Source of the DNA: an uncultured bacterium
GTDB taxonomy: Bacteria > Patescibacteriota > Minisyncoccia > Phycocordibacterales > UBA9973
Direction: 5' to 3'
Length of the DNA: 64,000 nucleotides
Assembly: GCA_903892035.1 (NCBI GenBank)
Contig: CAITGV010000001.1
Location: 291,310 to 355,309 of the forward strand
Shown here: in pieces, positions 8,693-17,230 of the stretch
Layout: the number at the start of each line of letters is the position of its first letter
Position numbering within the stretch: the first letter of the stretch is position 1
Position numbers and translations under genes: made by a program
The notes under the pieces: model-generated
Databases searched by the model: none
The model's input: only the letters and a program-made list of their open reading frames with translations
Told to the model about the DNA's origin: nothing

Positions 8693-10222
8693 ATGTCATT
8701 ACTCGATACTTTTATAAAGTGGCAGGTAGGTAAAAGAGTAAAGCATATAAAAACGTGGCGCGAAGATCCTATATATTTTCAAAATAAATTTCTAAAAAAA
8801 TTAATTAAAGAAAATTCTCATACTGAATTTGGTAAAAAATACAATATAAAAAACATTTCCAATTACTCGGATTTTCACAAGAAAATTCCGATTTTTTCTT
8901 ATGAGGATTTTTTCCCGTGGATTGAAAAGACAATGAAAGGCGAAGAAGACATAATTACTCATCATGGTATATATGAGTATGCGAAATCATCCGGCACTAC
9001 AAATGATCGTAGTAAATATATTCCTACACCACGTTCATATATGAAAAGAAATCATCGCGAGGGTGGTCTTGATATGCTCGCAAATTATATTTATTTAAAT
9101 CCAAAAACAAAAATCTATTTTGGCTCATATATAGCAGTATCGGGTACTTTGAATAAAAACAATAATGATAATTTTATTTCAGGAGATATTTCTGCATTGA
9201 TTTCAAGATCAATGCCATGGTATACAAAATTTAATATGCCGTATAAAAAGAAATTGGCACTTCACCCTTCATGGTCGTACAAATCAAAAGAAATAATAAA
9301 TCAATCTCTTACAAGAGATGTGCGCTCTTTAGTTGGAACTTCAACATGGATGCTTGAAATGCTCGAATATGCAAAAGAAATAACAGAAGCAAAATCTCTG
9401 CACGATGTGTGGCCGAATCTCGAGGTATTTTTTCATGGAGCTGTAGCTTTTGCTCCGTATAAAAAAGCATTTGATGAATTGTTCCCTGATAAGCCCATAA
9501 ACTACAGAGATGTTTACAATTCGGCTGAAGGAATTTTTGCTTTTGAAGATGATGCAGAAAGTCACCCGCGTGAATTATTGTTGCTTGTTGATCATGATGT
9601 CTATTACGAATTTATAGAGATGAAAGATTGTTTGCCGGTTGGCAATGCTGTACCACTTTCTGATGTAAAAATAGGAATTGAATATGCAATGATTATCACT
9701 ACTGGGAGTGGGCTTTGGAGGTATATGATTGGTGACACTGTGGTTTTTGTAAATATTTCACCATATCGTTTGCGAATCGTCGGGCGTACAAAATATTTTA
9801 TTAATGCATTTGGTGAAGAGCTTGTAGCATCAAATGCCGAGCAAGCAATTGAAAAAGCTTCAAAAGAGTGTGGTGCTATTGTACGCGCATTTACAGCCGC
9901 ACCAATTTTTTATAAGAAAACTAAAACTAAAAATATATCACAAGGTGCTCACGAGTGGGCTGTTGAATTTGCAAATCAGGATTTTAATTTTGAAAAATTC
10001 TGCAAAACTTTAGATGAAAATCTTCGAGAAATTAATTCCGATTATGATTCAAAACGTATAGGCGATGTTATTCTCGGCGCTCCTGTAGTATATAAAATAA
10101 AAGAGGGGACTTTTCGTGCATGGATGGAATCCCGTGGTAAACTAGGTGGCCAACACAAGGTCCCTGTACTTTCAAATGAAAGAAAGTACATAGATGCTGT
10201 GTTGAATAGATCTAAAATTTAA
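8693..10222 (+). CDS. GH3-family adenylate-forming enzyme
   Basis: 509 aa with a YAKSSGTTNDRSKYIPT AMP-binding motif and length and C-terminal layout typical of GH3-like acyl acid-amido synthetases. Confidence 0.5.
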   Translation: MSLLDTFIKWQVGKRVKHIKTWREDPIYFQNKFLKKLIKENSHTEFGKKYNIKNISNYSDFHKKIPIFSYEDFFPWIEKTMKGEEDIITHHGIYEYAKSSGTTNDRSKYIPTPRSYMKRNHREGGLDMLANYIYLNPKTKIYFGSYIAVSGTLNKNNNDNFISGDISALISRSMPWYTKFNMPYKKKLALHPSWSYKSKEIINQSLTRDVRSLVGTSTWMLEMLEYAKEITEAKSLHDVWPNLEVFFHGAVAFAPYKKAFDELFPDKPINYRDVYNSAEGIFAFEDDAESHPRELLLLVDHDVYYEFIEMKDCLPVGNAVPLSDVKIGIEYAMIITTGSGLWRYMIGDTVVFVNISPYRLRIVGRTKYFINAFGEELVASNAEQAIEKASKECGAIVRAFTAAPIFYKKTKTKNISQGAHEWAVEFANQDFNFEKFCKTLDENLREINSDYDSKRIGDVILGAPVVYKIKEGTFRAWMESRGKLGGQHKVPVLSNERKYIDAVLNRSKI

Positions 10223-10311
10223 ATATAATAAAATCTACAAAGAAGTACGCATTAACATAGTGGCTTGCTTTTTTACCAACTTCGTGCTATAGTATAGTAC
10301 ATAAAAAATAT

Positions 10312-11373
10312 ATGAAAATACTTACAAAACCAAAGTTTGCAACGAGCCTAGCTCTCATTTTAGCCTTAATAATCGGTGTTTTTTATACTATTGAACAAAA
10401 TCGTACACGTAGTAAAGAGTTTACAGAAATCAGCCTACTGACTCCTGGGGTTGGTGTAAATACAGACACAAATTCAAAAGATTTAACCCTAGCTTTTCCT
10501 GTTGGTGGTCGCATAAAAAGTGTTTCTGTGAAAGTTGGAGACAAAGTAAAAGCGGGTGAAGTGCTTGCAAGTCTCGATTCTTTGAATGCTCTTGGTGCAA
10601 TCAATCAAGCAAAGGCAGCATATGATTCTGCAAAAAATGCATACGATAAACTGGTAAACGGTGCGTCAACCCCAGATATCGATGTAGCAAAAGTTGCACT
10701 CAATAATGCAAAAAATAATTATGATACTGTCGTATCAACTCAAAAAGTTTTAGTTTCAAATGCTTTGTCTGCAATGCTAAATTCTAGTCTTGTAGCAATT
10801 CCCACTGTTAGTGGAGTAAGTGTATCTGCACCAATTATTTCTGGTATATATACTGGCACTGAAACTGGTGTTTATACTATCTCAACATATCAATCTGGCA
10901 ATGGCGGATATTTTTCAATTTCTGGATTAGAAAATAGTTCGGGTCCTGTAAACAATATTCCAAATGCTCTAGGAAGCAAGGGTTTGTTTATTCAATTTCC
11001 AACCAATTTCTCATCAACAAACGTGACATGGACTGTTTCTATTCCAAATACTCAGGCATCAAATTATTTGGCAAATTACAATGCATATCAGATAGCATTG
11101 CAAAATCAATCACAAATTGTTGCTGGAGCAAAAGGTTTGGTGGATTCTGCGCAAGCAAATCTTGATCAAAAATTGGCAAATGCTCGCATTGAAGATATAC
11201 AAATTGCTAAAGCTCAAGTAGGTAGTACTCAAGGAGCACTTCAAGTTGCACAAGGAGTTTATAACAATACGATCATCACAGCGCCTGTCGATGGCACAAT
11301 TACAAATATTTCAATTACAGCAGGACAAGTTGCTACAGCAAATACTCCGGCAATTGTATTATCAGTAAAATAA
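10312..11373 (+). CDS. HlyD-family membrane fusion protein (efflux periplasmic adaptor)
   Basis: N-terminal TM, biotin-lipoyl-like hairpin (GGRIKSVSVKVGDKVKAGEVLASLD), a coiled coil and a C-terminal beta-barrel. Confidence 0.6.
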   Translation: MKILTKPKFATSLALILALIIGVFYTIEQNRTRSKEFTEISLLTPGVGVNTDTNSKDLTLAFPVGGRIKSVSVKVGDKVKAGEVLASLDSLNALGAINQAKAAYDSAKNAYDKLVNGASTPDIDVAKVALNNAKNNYDTVVSTQKVLVSNALSAMLNSSLVAIPTVSGVSVSAPIISGIYTGTETGVYTISTYQSGNGGYFSISGLENSSGPVNNIPNALGSKGLFIQFPTNFSSTNVTWTVSIPNTQASNYLANYNAYQIALQNQSQIVAGAKGLVDSAQANLDQKLANARIEDIQIAKAQVGSTQGALQVAQGVYNNTIITAPVDGTITNISITAGQVATANTPAIVLSVK

Positions 11374-11379
11374 TATTTT

Positions 11380-12015
11380 ATGGAAGAACAAAAAAACAAA
11401 GAAAGCATATTTAAGAAACCAAAAGTCCAAAGCGCAATTGGAATTTTTTTAGTATTTGTTTTACTAGGGGGTTTCATTTTCTGGAAATCAAACCACGGAA
11501 CAATATTTATTGAAAATTCTGTATTGGATGCGCCAGTAATAAATCTAGGTAGTACTTCAGCGGGTACTCTAAATGCTTTATATGTAAAAGAAGGAGATGT
11601 AATTGGATCAAATGCCCCCGTGGCATCTGTCGGTACAGATACAATATCTTCAAAACAAAATGGAATTGTTATTAATGTTTCAAATAACATCGGTTCGTAC
11701 TTTTCTCCGGGGCAAAGTGTCGTATCGATGATTCATAAAGAAGATATGCGAGTAGTGGGAACTATAGACGAAAACAAAGGACTCTCTAATATTGCTGTCG
11801 GACAAAATGCAACTTTTTCAGTAGATGCTTTCCCTAGTAAAACATATGTAGGTATTGTGGATAGCATCAGTCAGACTTCTGACGACACAGGTATTGTATT
11901 TTCTATTTCAGACAAAAGACCAATTAAAAAATTCAGCATCAAAGTTCGTTTTGATGTGACGAAATACCCAGAACTCAAAAATGGTATGTCGGCTAAGATT
12001 ACAATTTACGAATAA
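11380..12015 (+). CDS. HlyD-like membrane fusion protein (second adaptor)
   Basis: N-terminal TM and a lipoyl-like motif LYVKEGDVIGSNAPVASV. Confidence 0.5.
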   Translation: MEEQKNKESIFKKPKVQSAIGIFLVFVLLGGFIFWKSNHGTIFIENSVLDAPVINLGSTSAGTLNALYVKEGDVIGSNAPVASVGTDTISSKQNGIVINVSNNIGSYFSPGQSVVSMIHKEDMRVVGTIDENKGLSNIAVGQNATFSVDAFPSKTYVGIVDSISQTSDDTGIVFSISDKRPIKKFSIKVRFDVTKYPELKNGMSAKITIYE

Positions 12016-12023
12016 AATTTTTT

Positions 12024-13514
12024 ATGGATAATACTCCGCCAAAGAAAAATAATCTGCGGTGGTGGATATTGCTCACCGTTATCATAGGTACATTTTTAGG
12101 TAGACTTGACCAGACTATTGTAAACCTTGCGCTTCCGAAAATTATTAATGATTTCGGTATTACAGTTTCGGCTGCGGGTTGGATTGCAACGGCATACATT
12201 TTAGCCAATGCTATTTTTGTACCTATTTGGGGAAAATTGGGCGATACAATAGGAAGAAAAAAAGTTTATATTTTAGGATTTTCAATTTTTATTTTTGGTT
12301 CCGTCCTTGCGGGTTTTGCGTGGAACCTTCCATCAATGATAGTTTTTCGTGTGATTCAGGCAATTGCAGGTTCTGCTGACTATCCGACTGCGATGGCAAT
12401 CATTGCGGTGACTTTTAGAGAAGGTAAAGAGCGCGCACAAGCTTTGGGAATTTGGTCATCATCTTTTGCTGCTGCGACAGTTTTCGGACCACTTTTAGGA
12501 GGTCCTCTCATCGACGGCTTTGGTTGGCGTTCTGTTTTTCTTATAAATTTACCAATAGGACTTCTTGGAATTTATATGGCACTTCGCTTCATAAATGAAT
12601 CTCGCTCAGCTGTAAAAACAAAATTCTTTGACTGGTGGGGAGCAGCGACACTCGGTGGATCACTTTCAGCACTCGTGCTTGTGCTCGACAAAGGTCCAGA
12701 CTGGGGGTGGATGTCCGTTGGAAGCCTGATTTGTTATTTTTCTGCAATAGTATTGTTTGCTTTATTTTTAAGAATCGAACAGAGAGTTCCAGAGCCAATT
12801 GTTGATTTGAAATTTTTCAAAATTCCAGCTTTTATAAATGCATTGCTAAACAATTTCGTAGTATTTATGGGAATGATGGGTGGAGTATTTTTGATACCAG
12901 TTTTTGCTCAAACATTTCTTGGTTACAATGCGACTGAAGCCGGATACCTTTTTATACCAATGGCCGCTGCTATGATGCTCGGTGCCCCACTCGGAGGATA
13001 TCTCACAGGAAAGGTAAAAGCTAAATATGTAATTTTTGCGAGTACGCTAGTAGCAGCAATAGGAATTTTCTTATTCTCATACCTAGATCCACGCTCGACT
13101 GCGATGGATATAATGCTACCACTTTCTATAATGGCTTTTGGTCTTGGTTTTGGAATGGCGCAACGTACAAATATTATTGCTTCTGTTGTTCCACAAAATG
13201 AAATTGGTGTCGCATCGTCTGTCCTTGCTCTTATTAGAAATATTGCCGGCGCATTTGGAATTGCGATATTTGCGACGATTTTAAACAATAGAGTAAATAG
13301 CAATGTGCTTTCAATAAATGGTTATAGTCACATAAGTACCCATGCTCCAAATATTATTCAAAAATATATTTCCTTGATTATGTTGAAAGCTCAAATCGAT
13401 GCTTATGATTATGTTTTCCTAATTGCCGCAGGGGTAGTTTTTGTTGGAGCATTTTTCTCACTATTCCTAAAATTAAAAAACGAACGCACCGATGTGAAGG
13501 TGCATGTGGAGTAG
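12024..13514 (+). CDS. MFS transporter, DHA2 (EmrB/QacA) family, 14-TMS
   Basis: 14 predicted TMs and MFS motifs (GRLDQTIVNLALP, GKLGDTIGRKK). Confidence 0.8.
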   Translation: MDNTPPKKNNLRWWILLTVIIGTFLGRLDQTIVNLALPKIINDFGITVSAAGWIATAYILANAIFVPIWGKLGDTIGRKKVYILGFSIFIFGSVLAGFAWNLPSMIVFRVIQAIAGSADYPTAMAIIAVTFREGKERAQALGIWSSSFAAATVFGPLLGGPLIDGFGWRSVFLINLPIGLLGIYMALRFINESRSAVKTKFFDWWGAATLGGSLSALVLVLDKGPDWGWMSVGSLICYFSAIVLFALFLRIEQRVPEPIVDLKFFKIPAFINALLNNFVVFMGMMGGVFLIPVFAQTFLGYNATEAGYLFIPMAAAMMLGAPLGGYLTGKVKAKYVIFASTLVAAIGIFLFSYLDPRSTAMDIMLPLSIMAFGLGFGMAQRTNIIASVVPQNEIGVASSVLALIRNIAGAFGIAIFATILNNRVNSNVLSINGYSHISTHAPNIIQKYISLIMLKAQIDAYDYVFLIAAGVVFVGAFFSLFLKLKNERTDVKVHVE

Positions 13515-13577
13515 GGAAGAAAAACTGTAGCTATTTACTAAATTCAAAAAATAATGTATATTCTATAAGCTAAATAT

Positions 13578-13649
13578 GACTTTGTCGTTCAATGGATAGG
13601 ACACTCCCCTGCGAAGGGAGAAATGCAGGTTCGATTCCTGCCAGAGTCA
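13578..13649 (+). tRNA. tRNA-Arg (anticodon read as GCG)
   Basis: Good cloverleaf: acceptor gactttg/cagagtc, anticodon stem ctccc/gggag, loop cTGCGaa, T-arm gcagg-ttcgatt-cctgc. A GCG anticodon is unusual for bacterial Arg. Confidence 0.7.
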
Positions 13650-13702
13650 CAAAATCGCCACAGGCAATTTTGTGACCTGAGCGAGCAAACTGCTTTGCTC
13701 GC
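13645..13702 (+). terminator. two consecutive stem-loops overlapping and following the tRNA-Arg 3' end
   Basis: gtcacaaaat-N11-attttgtgac is a 10-bp stem that includes the tRNA acceptor 3' end. gcgagcaaa-ctgc-tttgctcgc is a 9-bp stem. Confidence 0.4.
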
Positions 13703-13918
13703 GCGCAGGCATCGAAGAGCTTTTCCTCAATGTTTTAAATGTATTCATTTTAAACATTGGAAAAGGTAGACTGTTCCCGTAGGGAAAGATTCCCCTGCCA
13801 AAGTCACCATGAATGGAACAATATTTTCTCACGATGAAGTTGCTAAAAGAATTTCCGAAGGACGTTTTGTCTCAATCTTCAATAAATAATTACTTAATAG
13901 TGCTATAATCGGCAGATA

Positions 13919-14950
13919 ATGCACTCAAATATCTATACAACTTCAGAGAGGGCTTGGGAGGCAATGTATGAGGCCATCGGCAAAGCAAAACGCTCAATAT
14001 ATATTGAGATGTATATTTTCGTGGACGATATGAAAGAGCATTTTGATATTTTCAAAACTCTTATTGAAAAAGCAAAAAATGGAGTAGGTGTAGTGCTGGT
14101 GTTAGACGGCTTTGGTAGTAGGGAACTTTCAAAATCGACACTCACTGAATTCCGAAATTGTGGAATTGAAGTTTTATTTTTTAAAAGATTGTTTCGTCGT
14201 ATTCATAGAAAAGTTGTGATCATTGATGAAGGAAAAATTTTTCTTGGCGGAGTAAATATGCACGGCGCAGTGCGTAGATGGTTTGATTTGGAAATCGAGC
14301 TTGAGGGCATCGTGGTCAAACAAGCGCTTTCTTCTTTTGCAAAAAGCTATGAAGCTTGCGGAGGAAAAAATCCAAAAATTCTTGCTTATAGAAGAAAAAG
14401 AAAAATTAAAGAAGTTGGAACGTGGTTTATTGAGCATTCGCCTTTTGCTGGGCTATATCACTTGAGAAAAATTTATGAAGAATCTGTCGGTGGGGCGCAA
14501 CATAGAATCGTATTTGTCACACCATATTTTATTCCACATCGCTGGCTACGAAAATTAATTGAAAAAGCACTTTCGCGCGATGTACGAGTTGAAATTTTAA
14601 TGCCTGAAAAAAGTGACCACCTTTTAATTGATATTGCGAGTTATTGGTATGCGAAAAAATTGGCGAGCATTGGAGTTCATTTTTATTTATTGAAAGAAAT
14701 GAATCATGCGAAAGCTCTTCTCGTTGACGACCGCGCGGGGCTTATTGGTTCGCAAAATATCGATGCACTTTCTTTTGATTTCAATAGTGAAGCAAGTATT
14801 TATTTTGATGATGTAAGCATGGTGCAAAATTTGAAAGAAATTATTGCCGATTGGCAGAAAGATGTAAAAGAGGGAATAGTCGACCGAAAACTTCCGTGGT
14901 ATGCGGGAATTGTAAGTTTTATTTTGAAACTTTTTCAGCCGGTACTGTAG
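13919..14950 (+). CDS. phospholipase D-family protein (cardiolipin synthase-like, two HKD motifs)
   Basis: HRKVVIIDEGKIFLGGVN and HAKALLVDDRAGLIGSQNID. Confidence 0.7.
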   Translation: MHSNIYTTSERAWEAMYEAIGKAKRSIYIEMYIFVDDMKEHFDIFKTLIEKAKNGVGVVLVLDGFGSRELSKSTLTEFRNCGIEVLFFKRLFRRIHRKVVIIDEGKIFLGGVNMHGAVRRWFDLEIELEGIVVKQALSSFAKSYEACGGKNPKILAYRRKRKIKEVGTWFIEHSPFAGLYHLRKIYEESVGGAQHRIVFVTPYFIPHRWLRKLIEKALSRDVRVEILMPEKSDHLLIDIASYWYAKKLASIGVHFYLLKEMNHAKALLVDDRAGLIGSQNIDALSFDFNSEASIYFDDVSMVQNLKEIIADWQKDVKEGIVDRKLPWYAGIVSFILKLFQPVL

Positions 14951-15134
14951 GCCCTCGCCCCGTAATTGCGTAGCAATTTTACGGGATTGACTATTTTTCA
15001 TATTTATGGGAATATGCCGTCAGCAACGGCTCTTTGTCATATTGATTAATTATTTTGTTTCATCACCCAAGACCCTTTTGGTAGAGGTTTTTAGGTGGTG
15101 AAATTAAAATATTTATTAATCAAAATTAAAAATT

Positions 15135-15566
15135 ATGAAAAAAGAAATTATTAGATTAAGTCCGCTAAATTTTGCAGAAGAACAGCTATTGAAAATGAAG
15201 GAAGATTTTCGCAAAGGTGTTTTTGGAGAAAAAAGTCAAACAAATGTACACATTGCCAGAAGTTTGTCGGTATCAATTGATACTTCAAAAATTTCTGAAA
15301 AAAATGAGTACGTAGAAATTGTAAATGATCTAGAGAATTCAATAAATAGATTATTTGCAAGATCGCAATATTCTCTTGATTTAACTGTCGCCGAGGCTGT
15401 TGTTGTGATGTTAAAAAACCAACTTCAACAGGAAACTTGGGAAAAAAGTTACAAATCCAGCATTAACGAATGGCTTGAGACAGCAGTAGAAACAACACTA
15501 CTTGCAATGCAGGACTGGTGGGATGAAATTTGCCGCTTGACGGAAAAAGAATTAGTAAACCATTAA
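15135..15566 (+). CDS. hypothetical protein
   Basis: 143-aa ORF with coding-like composition and no recognised motif. Confidence 0.3.
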   Translation: MKKEIIRLSPLNFAEEQLLKMKEDFRKGVFGEKSQTNVHIARSLSVSIDTSKISEKNEYVEIVNDLENSINRLFARSQYSLDLTVAEAVVVMLKNQLQQETWEKSYKSSINEWLETAVETTLLAMQDWWDEICRLTEKELVNH

Positions 15567-15616
15567 CCAATGGAAAGAAAGGGGAGATGCATTATTGCTC
15601 TCCTCTTTTTGCTTGC

Positions 15617-16084
15617 CTAAAATCCAAGATAGTCCATCACTTTGTGAGAATTTGGAGCGTGGATTTCTTTTTCTTCAATATGTTTTTTGAGAAATGCTTT
15701 GACTTCATCGGCATCCATAAATTCGAGAGGAAGAGTGATGATAGGCATAAAGAAACGATGCGATTCGAAATATAATTTTCGTGGAGTATCATTTGGATCA
15801 ATCCAAAAACCTTTGATTTTTGCATAAGGGTAAGTGTAGTCGTCGATGCGAATGCCTTCTTTATTTATTTCAAATTCTACCATGCGTGGATGACGTCCAG
15901 AAAAAAGCATCATTGAAAGTCCACCTAGAATTATAACAATGGCAAAAAGATAATTTTTATATAAAATAGATGCCGCCGCACCTGCGACGACGATGATGCC
16001 GAGTGCCCAAAACCAGTCTACACTTTTTTCTTTGTGTTCGTATTCTTCTGCGCTCCAAGTTATTTTTGAATTTTCATTTTCCAC
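15617..16084 (-). CDS. hypothetical membrane protein
   Basis: 155 aa with 2 TMs near the N-terminus. Confidence 0.35.
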   Translation of the reverse strand: MENENSKITWSAEEYEHKEKSVDWFWALGIIVVAGAAASILYKNYLFAIVIILGGLSMMLFSGRHPRMVEFEINKEGIRIDDYTYPYAKIKGFWIDPNDTPRKLYFESHRFFMPIITLPLEFMDADEVKAFLKKHIEEKEIHAPNSHKVMDYLGF

Positions 16085-16232
16085 CTTTATATTGTATCAA
16101 AACAAATTCAAGTACGCTATTGTGCACCAATATTTTACCCATAACGTATATCTAGATGAAGGTATATTAGAGTTTGTCGAAACCGTACCGTCCGTTAGAA
16201 ATTAAATTTATTAAAATTTAATCAATAAAATT

Positions 16233-16634
16233 ATGTCAAAAAAGAAAATTTCAAAAAGATCTGTATTTTTAGCCGGTTCAGCCGTCGCTCTCTCGCTTCT
16301 CTTTAGTACTCAAGCATTTGCAGAAGCTCCACAGGGAGTGCATTCTGGTGTCGCAAAGCATTCTACTGTGCACTCGGGAATGCTACGTGCATCGGGCAAG
16401 GTAACAGCAATAAATGGCAATACATTAACAGTTACAAACAAGAAAGGCGTAGTCTTCACCGTGGACGCTACAAACGCTAGTATCGTGAATATGAAGGATA
16501 AGTCACCAATGATGGTTTCGCAGGTCCTAGTGGGCGACACAGTCGCTGTGAAGGGTACTATGGTAGGTACAAACGTAACTGCCACAAAGATATTGGATGG
16601 AGTTACGAAGCATATAAAAGGAGGAAAGAAATAA
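16233..16634 (+). CDS. secreted hypothetical protein (signal peptide; beta-rich)
   Basis: Signal peptide ...AFAEAP followed by Thr/Val-rich beta strands. Confidence 0.4.
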   Translation: MSKKKISKRSVFLAGSAVALSLLFSTQAFAEAPQGVHSGVAKHSTVHSGMLRASGKVTAINGNTLTVTNKKGVVFTVDATNASIVNMKDKSPMMVSQVLVGDTVAVKGTMVGTNVTATKILDGVTKHIKGGKK

Positions 16635-16644
16635 AAAGAGTAAT

Positions 16645-16674
16645 TAAAAAAACGCCCAAGTGGGCGTTTTTTTA
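16645..16674 (+). terminator. rho-independent terminator
   Basis: aacgccca-ag-tgggcgt followed by a T7 run. Confidence 0.6.
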
Positions 16675-16729
16675 ATTACTATAACCACCATGGTTGAAAA
16701 AATAGAGAAAATAAGGTAATGTAGTTCAC

Positions 16730-16816
16730 GGAGGCGTGGCTGAGTGGTTTAAGGCACTTGTCTTGAAAACAAGGGACCATGAAAGTGGTCCGTGAGTTCG
16801 AATCTCACCGCCTCCG
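16730..16816 (+). tRNA. tRNA-Ser (anticodon TGA)
   Basis: Acceptor ggaggcg/cgcctcc, anticodon loop cTTGAaa and a long variable arm. Confidence 0.85.
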
Positions 16817-16819
16817 CAA

Positions 16820-17230
16820 ATGAAATATTTGGGTATCGACTTTGGGACAAAAAGAATAGGCCTCGCCGTCACAGACGAAAGCGGGACTATTGTGCGTACA
16901 CTTGATGTAGTAAAAAACAGCCCAAAGGTCATAGAAGAAATTGGAAAAATTATAAATACTGAAGGAGTGGAGAGCATCGTGGTGGGGGATTCAACAGGAA
17001 GCTCTGTGGCGGAAGAAATAGAAGATTTTATTTCACGATTAACTTTCTCTACATCTTTACCTGTGGATAGAATGAATGAGGCATTTACTTCTTTTGAGGC
17101 ACACGGTCGCCTCGGCAAAGAAATGAACAATGCTCGCTCGGCAAAAGCTCCCACAAAGCCCGACAACCTCGACTCTCGCGCCGCAGCAATTATCTTGGAA
17201 AGATATTTAATGAAAAAAAATGGAAAATAA
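16820..17230 (+). CDS. ruvX: Holliday junction resolvase-like protein YqgF/RuvX
   Basis: MKYLGIDFGTKRIGLAVTD... is the RNase H-like YqgF signature. Confidence 0.8.
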   Translation: MKYLGIDFGTKRIGLAVTDESGTIVRTLDVVKNSPKVIEEIGKIINTEGVESIVVGDSTGSSVAEEIEDFISRLTFSTSLPVDRMNEAFTSFEAHGRLGKEMNNARSAKAPTKPDNLDSRAAAIILERYLMKKNGK

